Source: an uncultured Gemmatimonadaceae bacterium (GTDB taxonomy: Bacteria > Gemmatimonadota > Gemmatimonadetes > Gemmatimonadales > GWC2-71-9). Taken from it: a DNA stretch of 64,000 nt. The DNA is taken from positions 6,409 through 70,408 of the forward strand of contig CAZOJI010000006.1 of NCBI GenBank assembly GCA_964580055.1, written 5' to 3'. Shown one piece after another: positions 8,832 through 20,200 of this stretch. The translations under genes were made by a program, and so were the position numbers. Each line of letters opens with the position of its first letter. Within the stretch, counting starts at the first letter, position 1. The notes beneath the pieces are model-generated. The model was not told where the DNA came from, did no database searches, and was given only the letters and a program-made list of their open reading frames with translations.

Positions 8832-9485
8832 ATGACCGAAGAAGTGTCGAGAAAAAGCGGAATCGTGAGATTTGGGATGGCATTCGAGGCAGGAACCTTC
8901 CTGCTCGCCGTGCTGCTGGGGTGGTTGCTCGGCATCCCACCTATCCGGCAAATGCACCTGGATTGGTCCGGGGTATTGGCGGGGGCAGTCGCGACGCTTC
9001 CGTTGCTGATCGGGATGTGGTGGTGCTCGAAATCCCAGCTCGGGCCTCTGAGAAGGCTGACGCAGGAAGTTGAGGAATCGCTCATACCTCTGTTCCGCGA
9101 CGCAGCACCTCTGAGCCTGCTCTTGATCTCCGTGTTGGCAGGGCTCGGCGAGGAATGCCTGTTTCGCGGTGTCGTCCAGACGGGTCTGACGGACTGGTTC
9201 GGTGTGCCGGTTGCCGTTGTCGTCACAAGCGCCCTGTTTGGAGTCGCACACCTTATCACGCCCACCTACGCTGTTTTGGCAGCCATCATTGGAGCGTACT
9301 TCAGCATCATGGTGTTGATGACGGACAATCTTCTAGTGCCGGTGTTGGCCCACGCGCTCTACGATTACGCGGCACTGTCCTATTTGGTTGGTTCTAAGCG
9401 AAAGGGTATGCGAGAGTATGCTGACGGAGCGAGCTCGTCACCCCCCTCCAGTAACGGCAACAACGCCGACCTGACGGCTCGCTGA
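8832..9485 (+). CDS. CPBP family intramembrane glutamic endopeptidase (CAAX protease/Abi family)
   Basis: Motifs GLGEECLFRG (EExxxR), FGVAHL (FxxxH) and HALYDY (HxxxD/N) in a multi-TM protein. A GTG at 8790 is an alternative start. Confidence 0.8.
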   Translation: MTEEVSRKSGIVRFGMAFEAGTFLLAVLLGWLLGIPPIRQMHLDWSGVLAGAVATLPLLIGMWWCSKSQLGPLRRLTQEVEESLIPLFRDAAPLSLLLISVLAGLGEECLFRGVVQTGLTDWFGVPVAVVVTSALFGVAHLITPTYAVLAAIIGAYFSIMVLMTDNLLVPVLAHALYDYAALSYLVGSKRKGMREYADGASSSPPSSNGNNADLTAR

Positions 9486-10237
9486 TTCCGCTGCCCGTCA
9501 GTCAGAATCTTTGAGAAAGGCCCATTGTCTTCGTTCTCGGTAGCCGCGTCTCCTTCTTCCAAGACCTCGATACCGCCCGCATTCTGGTACACGACTGTTC
9601 CTTCCATGTCTTCCACCACAACACCCAAGGACAAAGCATCCACCAACCCCGGTTCGAGAAAACCCTCATATTGGTGCAGCAAGGCGTCGATCGCATTCAT
9701 CACGCGAACCCCGAGCCCAACCACCGGCTGCGAAGCCCCGTCCCACCTAGCGATTCCACCTGAGGTCTCCGCCTGCACGATCCAGATCTCGGGAAACACC
9801 ACGTAGTCGGCGTGATACATGTCAATCAGATCTAACCGGAGCCTATCCCGGGCCAGCTCCACCTTGAACTCGTCGAGATCTCCCGTCGTCGAATCGTAGA
9901 GTCCACCCATCTGGCGTACAGCTCGTTCCCAGATTCTAGAGTACTCTGCCGCGGGAACACAGTGGTGACCGCCATCCACGAGCGCGTCCTCGACGAGGCT
10001 ATCAATTTGTACCAGCGAAGACTCGGCTACTTCGAAACCTCGAGGCGCCGCCACCGGTGCCACGGCAAATAGGCGCGAGCCGTTGTGGAAATCCGTTGCC
10101 GGTTCCGAGTACAGAGCCGCTTGTTGATCGTAGGTACCGCTAGTTGCACAACCGGCAGTGAGCTGTACCAGCAAGACCAATACTGTGAGAGTTCTTCGTA
10201 CCACGAGTGACTTACAGGTCAATCCACGTCTCGACAT
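9380..10237 (-). CDS. hypothetical lipoprotein
   Basis: 285-aa ORF with lipobox LVQLTAGCATSG. No family recognised. Its 3-prime end overlaps the convergent CPBP gene by 106 nt. Confidence 0.65.
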   Translation of the reverse strand: MSRRGLTCKSLVVRRTLTVLVLLVQLTAGCATSGTYDQQAALYSEPATDFHNGSRLFAVAPVAAPRGFEVAESSLVQIDSLVEDALVDGGHHCVPAAEYSRIWERAVRQMGGLYDSTTGDLDEFKVELARDRLRLDLIDMYHADYVVFPEIWIVQAETSGGIARWDGASQPVVGLGVRVMNAIDALLHQYEGFLEPGLVDALSLGVVVEDMEGTVVYQNAGGIEVLEEGDAATENEDNGPFSKILTDGQRNQRAVRSALLPLLEGGDELAPSAYSRIPFRLEPTK

Positions 10238-10380
10238 TGGGGCTCTGAAAGATTGTCACACAGCTTACAGAAACTCTTGTTGCACAATAGATGCCGGAGA
10301 TCCTGGTGATCATAAGACTCTACAACAAAAGCAGTTACGCATCGCCACCATACCTGGGGCCATCGTCTGCGTCACCCAGG

Positions 10381-10415
10381 GTGGACACGGGACCGTCTCA
10401 CGAACCCGTGTCCAC
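10381..10415 (-). terminator. perfect 11-bp hairpin downstream of the fumarase gene (no U tract)
   Basis: GTGGACACGGG-13 nt-CCCGTGTCCAC lies 37 nt past the fumA stop at 10452. Confidence 0.5.
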
Positions 10416-10451
10416 CAACAGCCAATGAAGCTTGGGGGCGCCCCCGAAGCG

Positions 10452-12068
10452 TCAACAGCTCAGCTGTTCAAAGAAATCGTTCCCCTTATCATCCACCAAG
10501 ATGAACGCGGGGAAGTCGACGACTTCGATCTTGTAGATGGCCTCCATGCCCAGCTCGGGGTACTCCAGCAGATCGACCTTTTTGATATTGTCCTGGGCGA
10601 GAATTGCCGCGGGACCGCCGATGGAGCCGAGGTAGAAGCCGCCGTACTTCTTGCAGGCGTCTGTGACTTGCTTGCTACGATTACCTTTGGCGATCATCAC
10701 CATCGAGCCGCCGTTTGCCTGGAACAAGTCCACATACGAGTCCATGCGTCCGGCTGTGGTAGGGCCGAAGGACCCTGACGGCATCCCCTCCGGGGTCTTC
10801 GCGGGGCCGGCATAATAGACAGGGTGATCCTTCAGGTACTGGGGTAGTCCCTCTCCCCGATCGAGTCGCTCCTTGAGCTTCGCATGAGCTATGTCTCGCG
10901 CCACAATCAGCGTTCCCGTGAGCGCCAGTTGCGTCTTAATCGGGTGTTTGCTCAACTCAGCGGTAATCTCGCTCATGGGACGGTTCAAGTCGATCTTCAC
11001 CGCACCCTCATGGCGAGCAGCACGGTACTTGTCGGGGATGAAGCGTCCCGGATCGCGTTCCAGCTTTTCTACCCAGATGCCTTCTTTGTTGATCTTGGCT
11101 TTGAGGTTGCGATGCGCCGAACATGACACGCCCATACCGACGGGACAGGACGCACCGTGACGGGGCAGTCGAATTACTCGCACATCCAGTGCGAAGTATT
11201 TGCCGCCGAACTGGGCGCCAAACCCGCTCGCATAGGCGGCATGCAACATCTTTTCTTCCATTTCCGTATCCCTGAAGGCACGGCCATACTCGTTGCCACT
11301 GGTAGGAAGACCGTCCAGATATCCAGTGCTGGCCAGTTTGACGGTCTTCAAACATGCCTCGGCGGAGGTACCGCCTATGACGAATGCCAGGTGGTAGGGA
11401 GGACACGCGGCAGTGCCGAGCGTCTTCATCTTCTCCGTCAGGAACCCCTCCAGCCGCTCAGGGTTCAGCAACGCCTTGGTTTCCTGGAACAGGTAAGTCT
11501 TGTTGGCTGAGCCACCACCCTTTGCGATGAAGAGGAAAGAGTAGTCGGAACCGGGAGTTGCGTAGATATCGATCTGCGCTGGCAGGTTGTTGCCGGAGTT
11601 CTTCTCCTCGTACATGGTGAGTGGAACAGTCTGGGAATAGCGCAGGTTCTCCTCCGTGTACGTATCATAGACGCCTGCTGCCAGCAACTCGGCATCGTTT
11701 CCTCCGGTCAAAACCCGTTGTCCCTTTTTGGCGACGATCGTCGCAGTGCCAGTATCCTGACACAATGGGAGCACGAAGTTGGCAGCCACCTCGGCATTCT
11801 TCAGCATGGCGAGCGCCACGCCCCGGTCGTTCTCACTCGATTCTGGATCATCCAGGATGGCCGCCACCTGCTCCAGGTGAGCCGGACGCAGCAAGAAAGA
11901 GACGTCTCGCATCGCCTCGCGCGCGAGCATCCTGATTGCCCGTGAATCGACCTTCAATATCTCCTCGCCATCGAATTCAGCAGTTGAAACGTGATCACTA
12001 GTTAGAAGCCGGTATTCCGTTGTGTCCTTTGTCAAAGGAAAAGGATCCTGGTATACGAACTCCGCCAT
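10452..12068 (-). CDS. fumA: class I (Fe-S) fumarate hydratase
   Basis: N-terminus [40 protein letters not shown] closely parallels E. coli FumA (..[32 protein letters not shown]). 538 aa from the ATG at 12066-12068. Confidence 0.9.
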   Translation of the reverse strand: MAEFVYQDPFPLTKDTTEYRLLTSDHVSTAEFDGEEILKVDSRAIRMLAREAMRDVSFLLRPAHLEQVAAILDDPESSENDRGVALAMLKNAEVAANFVLPLCQDTGTATIVAKKGQRVLTGGNDAELLAAGVYDTYTEENLRYSQTVPLTMYEEKNSGNNLPAQIDIYATPGSDYSFLFIAKGGGSANKTYLFQETKALLNPERLEGFLTEKMKTLGTAACPPYHLAFVIGGTSAEACLKTVKLASTGYLDGLPTSGNEYGRAFRDTEMEEKMLHAAYASGFGAQFGGKYFALDVRVIRLPRHGASCPVGMGVSCSAHRNLKAKINKEGIWVEKLERDPGRFIPDKYRAARHEGAVKIDLNRPMSEITAELSKHPIKTQLALTGTLIVARDIAHAKLKERLDRGEGLPQYLKDHPVYYAGPAKTPEGMPSGSFGPTTAGRMDSYVDLFQANGGSMVMIAKGNRSKQVTDACKKYGGFYLGSIGGPAAILAQDNIKKVDLLEYPELGMEAIYKIEVVDFPAFILVDDKGNDFFEQLSC

Positions 12069-12303
12069 TTGTTTCTCCTTGAACTCTATCTGAGTATTCC
12101 GTTGTCGGTTGACCTCATGAACATACACATCGCAGAAATGCCGGAGGAAAAGTCGCACATTCGGCCGCGATATTCCATCGAATTCACATCGTCCCGCAGG
12201 AGCGCCAAGCGACTGGCTGTGCCATGGTTTGTAGAGGTATGTTTTGGGAATTCGAAACAACCAAGCGTAACGTCTCGAAGACCTCACCGCGAGAGGAATC
12301 AAG

Positions 12304-13605
12304 ATGGCAGACTCTTTTCTACTGAATCAGGTAGCCGATAACGCGGCTCAGAGCGGAATCGATTCAATCTTGTTCTGGTTTGAAGAACACGCCATCGTCG
12401 CGCAGCTGACAGGACTGGTACTGGTCGCTGTAGCCGCCTATTTGGCGGACAAGATCACCAAGCGAATCCTTCTCGCCACCGTTGCTCGAATCGTGAGGCG
12501 AACCACTTTCACTTGGGACGATGTGCTGCAGAAGCATCACGTATTCGGCCGCCTCGCTCACATAGCGCCTGCCCTCGCCGTCTACTACGGCATCCTGCTG
12601 GTGCCGGGTATCGGAGCAGCTCTGACCAATCTGACACGGCAGGTGGCCCTGACCACCATGGTTCTCGTGAGTCTCCTCTCGGTGGGAGCCTTCCTGAATG
12701 CGATTCACGAGATCTACGCCAGCAGCCAGATCTCCAAGGGTCGTCCCATCAAAGGCTACATGCAGATCGCCAAGATCGTTCTCTACATACTCGGTGGCAT
12801 CGTGGCTCTAGCGACGCTGGTCGGCAAATCCCCGGCGGTATTCTTAACCGGGATCGGAGCTATGACGGCAGTGTTGCTGCTGATATTCAGGGACACGATC
12901 CTGTCGTTCGTCGCCAGCATTCAGATCGCCAGCAACGACATGGTGCGCGTCGGTGACTGGATAGAGATGTCGCAGTTCGGCGCCGATGGGCCGGTGGTCG
13001 ACGTAGCTCTTCATACTATCAAGGTGCAGAACTGGGACAAGACGATCACAACGATTCCGACCCACAGGTTGATCAACGATTCATTCAAGAATTGGCGATC
13101 GATGAGCGAATCCGGCGGTCGTCGCATCAAACGCGCAATACTCATCGACATGAACTCTATCCGGTTTCTCGATGAAGCAGATATCGAAAGGTTCGGGAGG
13201 TTCGCTCTGCTCAAAGACTACATAGCAGAGAAGAAACGGGAGCTCGAGGAATACAACGAGAAGGTGGCACCGGAGCATTCCGGCATAATCGCCAATGCAA
13301 AGAAGCTCACCAACATCGGCACGTTTCGAATGTACATCGTGCAATACCTGCGCGCCCATCCCAAAATCCACAACAGGATGACATTCCTCATTCGGCAACT
13401 CCAGCCGACCGATCATGGGCTGCCCATTGAGGTCTACGTGTTTTCGAACGATGTCGATTGGGTGGCGTATGAGGGAATCCAATCGGACATCTTCGACCAT
13501 TTACTGGCCATAGTCCCGGAGTTTGGACTGCGGGTCTTCCAGCTGCCGAGCGGCCGCGATCTCGCCGGCGCCCTCGCAACCCATCAGGAAGGTGAGTGGT
13601 CTTGA
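12304..13605 (+). CDS. mechanosensitive ion channel (MscS family) protein
   Basis: Multi-TM N-terminus, then the MscS beta-domain pattern [53 protein letters not shown]. Confidence 0.85.
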   Translation: MADSFLLNQVADNAAQSGIDSILFWFEEHAIVAQLTGLVLVAVAAYLADKITKRILLATVARIVRRTTFTWDDVLQKHHVFGRLAHIAPALAVYYGILLVPGIGAALTNLTRQVALTTMVLVSLLSVGAFLNAIHEIYASSQISKGRPIKGYMQIAKIVLYILGGIVALATLVGKSPAVFLTGIGAMTAVLLLIFRDTILSFVASIQIASNDMVRVGDWIEMSQFGADGPVVDVALHTIKVQNWDKTITTIPTHRLINDSFKNWRSMSESGGRRIKRAILIDMNSIRFLDEADIERFGRFALLKDYIAEKKRELEEYNEKVAPEHSGIIANAKKLTNIGTFRMYIVQYLRAHPKIHNRMTFLIRQLQPTDHGLPIEVYVFSNDVDWVAYEGIQSDIFDHLLAIVPEFGLRVFQLPSGRDLAGALATHQEGEWS

Positions 13606-13652
13606 AGTCGGAAGCGGCGTGGCCGGTATCGCCGTTCCGGCTTGCTGGCACT

Positions 13653-13820
13653 CTACTGTGCCGGCAACATGTTGAGCGGATCTACCTTTGTGGCTTGCCT
13701 CGCCGGAAAGTAACTCGCGGCGAGCGTGACGAGCAGGATGAGGATCCCCGCCACAACCATCAGCATCACACGCCCCACGACGAGTCGGAGGAGGTTGACT
13801 GACGTCGCGGTCACGGCGAA
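13653..13820 (-). pseudogene. 3-prime remnant of an FtsX/MacB-type ABC transporter permease
   Basis: A stop-to-stop frame of 55 codons with no ATG translates to ..NLLRLVVGRVMLMVVAGILILLVTLAASYFPARQATKVDPLNMLPAQ*. This matches the extreme C-terminus of FtsX-family permeases (..LRLVVGQG....A.Y.PARRA.RVDP..ALR) with the segment in between missing. Confidence 0.5.
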
Positions 13821-13870
13821 CTAGCATTCGCTGCAAAAGCCACGCCGCGAGCCTAGACAGCGAGGAATTG

Positions 13871-14566
13871 TCAAAAGAGTTCTCTGAGTATTAGGATGGC
13901 GCCACCTATTGCAGACAATCCGAGCACAGCTTTTCTCGTGCGGCCACGGTCGAGGAGCGCCGCAATGCGGCGGGAGAACAGGAAACCCGACAGAAGCCCC
14001 GGCATAATCAGCACGGCGGTAGATAGCTCTGCCGGACCGAAACGCCCCACCAGGAGAAGGGCGACGAGCGACATCAAGACGCCGACCACGAAGAATGCGG
14101 AAAGCGTGCCCCGGATCCTCGGGCCCTTCGCGTGCTGATAAACGATAGCCATGGGCGGTGCGCCAACTGAAGCGATAGTGCCCGAAAATCCGGACAAGGT
14201 ACCCGCCACGACGAGGCTCAGCCGGTTTGGATCGAAGCGCAACCCCGAAAAACTCAAGCCGACCAGGACAAGCACGAGGCCACCAAGAATCACGGCAAGC
14301 CCATCCGTTGAGATCGATGCGACGATTGCCGCGGCGACGGCGACACCCACCAGCCTCCCGCCGATCGCCCATCTGATCTCTTTGAAGACGATCGAGCGTC
14401 TTTCCCGATGGGACAGAAGGACCGTGAGGATCAACCCGTTTGTCAGGAGTGGACCCGGTATGAATGCTGGGTTTATCAGCATCAGCAGTGGTGCCCCAAA
14501 GAATCCGAGTCCGAAACCAACGGAACCCTGGAGCGTCGCCCCGACGAAAACGACGAGGTTTGCCAA
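13871..14566 (-). CDS. sulfite exporter TauE/SafE family membrane protein
   Basis: Polytopic protein with GSVGFGLGFFGAPLLML and a second-half GTIASVGAPPMAIVY repeat, typical of TauE/SafE. TTG start. Confidence 0.8.
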   Translation of the reverse strand: MANLVVFVGATLQGSVGFGLGFFGAPLLMLINPAFIPGPLLTNGLILTVLLSHRERRSIVFKEIRWAIGGRLVGVAVAAAIVASISTDGLAVILGGLVLVLVGLSFSGLRFDPNRLSLVVAGTLSGFSGTIASVGAPPMAIVYQHAKGPRIRGTLSAFFVVGVLMSLVALLLVGRFGPAELSTAVLIMPGLLSGFLFSRRIAALLDRGRTRKAVLGLSAIGGAILILRELF

Positions 14567-14757
14567 GAATAAATCAAGCCATTGGAGCTGCAGCTGAAAG
14601 GTCCGGCTGATTGAGTACGGAATAAGCCCGCAGCGCGCGGCTGTCGATCTGAGGTCTCGAGCTTTTGGTCACGCAAAAGAATACAGCCATCGGCCCTCAA
14701 CTCATAGAGTTGACAGCCGACGGCCGCTATCGTTGCTCTGTTCCAGCTTGATCGCCG

Positions 14758-15099
14758 CTATTTCGCGGTCAATGCACCCAGAATCGCACCTATCAAAAGC
14801 GGTATCACGTTCATGAACGACAGCGCCAGCGAGCCCATCCCGGCAATGATGTTGAACAGTTGCCCGATCAGTGGAATCCCACCCAAAACACTGCCAAGCA
14901 AGAAGGTGAGCACCCAGAGGATGACGCCCGGGAAAATCACCGCAAGGACCGCATCAGAAACCTTGCCGGCTTTCCTACCGCCTACGAACCCAGCTATCAA
15001 CCCACCCAATAATGGCATCCAGAAAAGCAGGATGGACAGACCGATCATCCAGCCCATGGCGCTGCCAATGTTGCCGCGGCGTGCTCCGTAAGTAGCCAT
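14758..15099 (-). CDS. small Gly-rich integral membrane protein, unknown function
   Basis: 113 aa from the ATG at 15097-15099, with a GGGAGG RBS 8 nt upstream. Three to four predicted TM helices. Confidence 0.6.
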   Translation of the reverse strand: MATYGARRGNIGSAMGWMIGLSILLFWMPLLGGLIAGFVGGRKAGKVSDAVLAVIFPGVILWVLTFLLGSVLGGIPLIGQLFNIIAGMGSLALSFMNVIPLLIGAILGALTAK

Positions 15100-15282
15100 C
15101 TTCAAAACCTCCCGAGAATGCAAAACACAGCACTGTGGCGGTGCGATCCACCACACTCAAAACTACGAGCTACGCCGGCTTTGAGTTTCGGTCGCAGCAC
15201 GTATCTCATTCGGAACGGGCTCCGATGAACGCCGTAAATATGCCAACCGCCGCCGGCAAGGCATTGGCTCCGGTTGTCTCGG

Positions 15283-16038
15283 TCAGAACTTTGCTGAGTG
15301 CACTACGCTCGCCGTGAGTACCCCAAGAACCAACCCGGAAAGCACGTCTGAAGGAAAGTGCTCTGCCGCCGCGACCCTGAGAGCAGCGACGCCGAGCGCG
15401 CCAGCCGCAAGCACCCATGCGTGTCCGTCATACCTCCCACCCGATGAAATCCTGTTGCGAGCGAGCCAGTACGACGCCGCCAAGGAAGCGGCGGCCGACG
15501 AGTGGCCTGAGGGCCACGATTCCTGACTGTTCGACCTTCCTGCTACCTCGACTCCCACAGGCGTGTATAGCACCGGTCGCTTGCGGCCCACCGCCCTTTT
15601 GAGTACCTCGGTGATCCCAGCTGTAATCAGAAAGGATTCGACCGATCCGGCGATTTCCGCACGCCCTGCTGAGCCCTCGTTCACCAAATTGACCCAGCTC
15701 GAGACGCCGATCCCTATCAGCAGGTAATCACTGAGAGCACCGGGAATCGGTCTAACGGGTGCAATCGCCCAACGATCGAAAGCAGGAACCTCCGTACGAT
15801 CGCAAGGCACGCATGTGACGGAGTCCCGCTCCCATAACAATGTGCCCCCCAGATACAACACGCTCGCTCCCGCGACGGCCAACGCGTCTACTCCTCCAAA
15901 CACCGTCGTGTCTTGCGCCTGCGCGTGCACCGCACCGCCGTAGATTCTGAATAGAAGCACTGTCGTCACGACGATCGCCAATGTCGCGCGCAAGTGGCCG
16001 CCAAGGTTCCGGCAGTGAGCCGTGCGGGTTGACTGCAT
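15283..16038 (-). CDS. PAP2 (type 2 phosphatidic acid phosphatase) family protein
   Basis: All three PAP2 motifs are present: KRAVGRKRP, PSGHS, RVAAAEHFPSD. Start is uncertain (ATG 16038 or 16068). Confidence 0.8.
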   Translation of the reverse strand: MQSTRTAHCRNLGGHLRATLAIVVTTVLLFRIYGGAVHAQAQDTTVFGGVDALAVAGASVLYLGGTLLWERDSVTCVPCDRTEVPAFDRWAIAPVRPIPGALSDYLLIGIGVSSWVNLVNEGSAGRAEIAGSVESFLITAGITEVLKRAVGRKRPVLYTPVGVEVAGRSNSQESWPSGHSSAAASLAASYWLARNRISSGGRYDGHAWVLAAGALGVAALRVAAAEHFPSDVLSGLVLGVLTASVVHSAKF

Positions 16039-16534
16039 TCGACACTCTTCCCCAGCCGCGAACTCCATGTGCGGAGCAACTGAGAATTTGCTGCCGCACG
16101 TGGATGTCGAGCCGCTCAGCGGCCAGACAAGGAGCATCTTTCTAATCACTCCGCCTCCAGTGACCAAACGAGTACTCCATGGTACCTCCCTCCCAAGCCC
16201 CGTCAAGGGATGCTACGCAAACGGCACCGAGCATTGTTTCGCGGACCGGCTCGAGTTCTCGAGCCGAGTTGCCGACAATCTCGTGCACTCTTCATCGAGA
16301 CGTAGTCTTGGTGACACCGAATGGTCAGCCGTGCACAGGACGGAGCGACTATAGAAAACCTGAAGAAGTTGTGTGTTGCAAGACCTATGGGCGTGTCATC
16401 TCGGAGTTGCGGCATCTCCAGGAAAGCGCACAGCACTAGGCGTAGGATCTACAACCCAACGGATATCAGGGCAGGAGCGGCGGGCTTTCGGTGAGAGCCT
16501 GATTCAGTGGCGCCAATCAGACCAACGCCATCGT

Positions 16535-16915
16535 TCAGGAACTGAGCGCCTCTGCTACAGCCTCCAGCAGTGCCTTGGTCGTAAACGGTTTGGCGAGGGT
16601 TACCACTGATTCCATCCTCCCGGCGATCTCCAGGAAGCGTGGTCTGCGCTCATACACCGAGCCTGAAATCGCCACGAACTTCGTGCCCGGGACTTCCTCG
16701 CGCAACTGTGAGATCAACTGCAACCCGTCCATCACCGGCATAAAGAGATCGGCCACCACCAGGTCAAAAGGACGTTCCCTAAATAGTCGCAGGGCCACCT
16801 CACCGTCCTCGGCCTCTGCCACTTCGTGCCCTTCAATTTCCAGGGTCCTTCGGACGACGTTCCTTACCGAGGATTCGTCGTCAACAACCAGCACTCGAGC
16901 CACACAGATCACCAT
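16535..16915 (-). CDS. single-domain response regulator (CheY-like receiver)
   Basis: RVLVVDDE...DLVVADLFMPVMDG...KFVAISG...LAKPF receiver signature. No output domain and no kinase nearby. Confidence 0.85.
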   Translation of the reverse strand: MVICVARVLVVDDESSVRNVVRRTLEIEGHEVAEAEDGEVALRLFRERPFDLVVADLFMPVMDGLQLISQLREEVPGTKFVAISGSVYERRPRFLEIAGRMESVVTLAKPFTTKALLEAVAEALSS

Positions 16916-17248
16916 CTTCCATGTCGGGGCATTCAGTGACGACCGATCCAATATCTGCCGCCCTTCGACCCCGAGTAAAAGGCCGATACCGAACAATACT
17001 CAAGGAGCCGCCCAAGGGAAGCGGCCATCACGCATTGGCCGGCGCAAAGATTGGCTCCTCGATCGTCGTGCTACGCCTACATGCAGCACACCGGATTACC
17101 GAGGCTGCTCGCGGAAGCTCAGAACGTGGTCCGTCCACACTGTGAGCACACCGGCGCAAACGGGACACCCGACCCGAGCGAACCGCATCGAGAGCAGCTC
17201 CTTCCAGCCGGAGTCTCGGCACATAGAGACGGCTTCTTTAGTCTTGCT

Positions 17249-20200
17249 CTACCCTTCCTCGGGCAGAACCACAGCGGGGCCCCCTCGCTCCCTCACTAGA
17301 GAGTTGAACTCCTGCAATTGAGGTCCCAGCAGGTCCTCCAATTCGGCTTTGAGAGCGGACCATTTGGCAGAAAGGTCCCTATACAGTTGGTGCGCGCCTT
17401 CGGTCACGCGCCCCTCTGCACCATCGACCACTCCACGCAGGTAGGTATACTGAAGATCCAGCCTGGAGGGGAAGTTGATCACAGTCTGGCCGTCGACCGT
17501 GCGCTTCTGGATCAAGGAGTCTTCCATTGCGGTCAGGTCTTTCACGAGAGCCTCTCCTGAAGTCAGGATCGTATCGCGACCATCCGTATCTTTCAAACGA
17601 TCAGCAAGAGCTTCCACCTGTTCGCGCACGGCACGAATCCTCAACACTCCCTCATTTATATCCTCCAGCTCGCTGGAGAGCCGTTCCAGAAGATCGTTCT
17701 GCTCGTAATATCTGCTCAATGGAGCGTCGACGCGGGGGTCGGCCAGAACTTCGAGTGAGCGGGTACGAGTTTCGTCACCCACGCTTAGCCTGACCTGGTA
17801 ACTCCCCGGAACAACCCTTTGCCCGCGCAACGTACCCCACACGTAGTAACCGGGGATCTCCTTCACCGCTTCGTGTCTGAGATCCCATGCGAATCGGTTG
17901 TGGCCCTCCTCGATTTCGACAACCGCCGCCGAGTCCGTCTCGTCATTCGCGATCTCGCTGGAGAAGGTACGCACGATCTCGCCAGCCGAATCCAGGAATT
18001 CGAGCATCACTGGAAGGGTGTCGGACAGTTCGAGAATCTGGAAATCTACGATAGCCCCGTTGGGCGGATTTTCCCCGACCGCGGCCCCTGGGGCGTTCGA
18101 CCCACCGCCGCCCGCAACGCGGTAAGCTGCTAGAGGCTCGAACAGGTACATGGCTTCGTTCGCCACCTCCTCGTCGAGCTGCTGCAATGGACTCAGATCA
18201 TCGAGTATCCAGAAGGCACGACCCGAGGTCGCCGCGACCAGGTCGTTGTGCTGTTCTTGCACCCTCAAATCTGTTATGGGAGTCAACGGCATGTTGAGCT
18301 GCAGGGATTGCCAATGGTTTCCGTCGTCCCACGAAACGTAGGCTCCCGCCTCCGTGCCCGCGTACAGCAAACCGCGCCGGACGGGATCTTCCCGAACGAC
18401 GCGGGCCCAGGCCTCATCTGCGATGCCTTCGACGATGAGTTCCCAGGAGTCGCCGTAGTCTTCAGTCCTGTAAAAGAGCGGCGTGAAATCGTTGGATTTG
18501 TACCGGGTGACCGCTATGTACGCCGCCGCAGGATCATGTGGAGAAACCTCGATGGCGTTGATGATGGCTTCCCCGACGTCCTCTGGAGTCGCGTTCTCCC
18601 AGTTGGCGCCACCGTCCCTGGTGACATGAACCAAACCATCATCACTGCCGGTCCAGATGGTTCCGGGATCATGTGGCGACTCGGCTACATAGTAGATGGT
18701 ACCGTAGATCTCGCCGCCGGCACCCTCGTTGGTGATCGGGCCGCCTCCAGGCCCCTGCTTCTCGTCTTCATCCCGAGTGAGATCGGGGCTCACCTCCATC
18801 CAGGACTCCCCTCGGTCTTCCGTCTTGAGAAGAACGTTGGACGCATGGTAAATGACCGAAGGATCATGCTGCGACGCAATAATCGGTGCGTTCCAATTGA
18901 ACCGGTATTTCATGTCACGAGACGCCAGCGCGACGGGAATATGAGGATACGCCATCACGTTTCGTTCGGCATGCGTGCGCTCATTGAACTCGGAAATCTG
19001 GCCCATGTAGCATCCGCCGTACTGCAACACCGGATTGTCCGGATCGAAGGCGACATACGCGGTCTCGCAGCCGGCGGTTGCGTACCAGTCCTTCCACCCG
19101 ATGCCGCGACCAGATGTCTGGCTCACAATGGCGACTGAGGAGTTGTCCTGCTGCCCCCCGTAGACGTAGTAGGGGAACCGGTTGTCGGTGTTGACGCGGT
19201 AGAACTGAGCGGTAGGCTGGTTATCCTGGGCAGACCACGTAATGCCTCCATTCAGCGAGATGTTAGCACCGCCGTCGTTGGCATTGATCATGTAGTCGCT
19301 GTTGGTCGGATTGATCCACAGGTCGTGATTGTCGCCATGTGGCGTTCGGACTCTGGTGAATGTCTTGCCGCCATCGATCGACTTGGATACCGGCGCGTTC
19401 ATTATCCAGACCACGTCCGGGTTGCTGGGATCAGCCGTGATGTGAGTGTAGTACCATGCCCGGGCGCGGAGACTCCACGACTCGTTCAACCTCCGCCAGG
19501 TCTTGCCCGCATCGTCCGATCGATATAGCCCGCCACCGGGGTCGGCCTCGACGATGGCGTACACCCTATCCGATCTGGCCGAAACCGCGACACCTATGTC
19601 ACCCATGAGGTCCGGCAAGCCTTCGTTCACCTGCTCCCAATTATCTCCGCCGTCGGTTGTCTTGTAGATCCCACTGCCGGGGCCTCCACTGCGAACCTTC
19701 CACGGGTACCTCCTGTGATCCCAAATAGCTGCATAGAGCACGCGGGGGTTGTTCCTATCCATACTGAGCGAGCTGGGTCCGGACGTATCGTCAACGTATA
19801 ACACCTTCTCCCAGGTCTCACCGCCGTCGCTGGATCGATATACGCCGCGGTCCTCGGACGGGCCGTAAGCTGCGCCCTGCGCAGCAACGTACACGAGATC
19901 TGGGTTAGCAGGGTGTACCACGACGTCCGAGATATGGCGGGTGCGATCCAACCCCATGTGACGCCAGGTTCGGCCCGCATCCGTAGACCTGTATACACCA
20001 TCCCCATGAGAGGTCATGACACCACGGATGGGATGCTCACCCATCCCAACGTACACGACGTTCTGATCGGATTCCGCGATCGCGATCGCCCCGACCGATG
20101 AGGTACCAAAAGTCGAGTCAGAGACATTGACCCAAGTGACACCGCCGTCGTTCGTCTTCCACACGCCGCTGCCCACACCACCGAAGTAGTACGTCAGATG

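Noticed and set aside
17100-17245. Small Cys-containing frames downstream of the BNR gene (e.g. a 43-aa MCRDSGWKELL...GCPVCAG.. frame and a CSRC...CSQC frame)
   Set aside because: The three overlapping frames give mutually exclusive peptides. None has an RBS or a recognisable family, so there is too little evidence.
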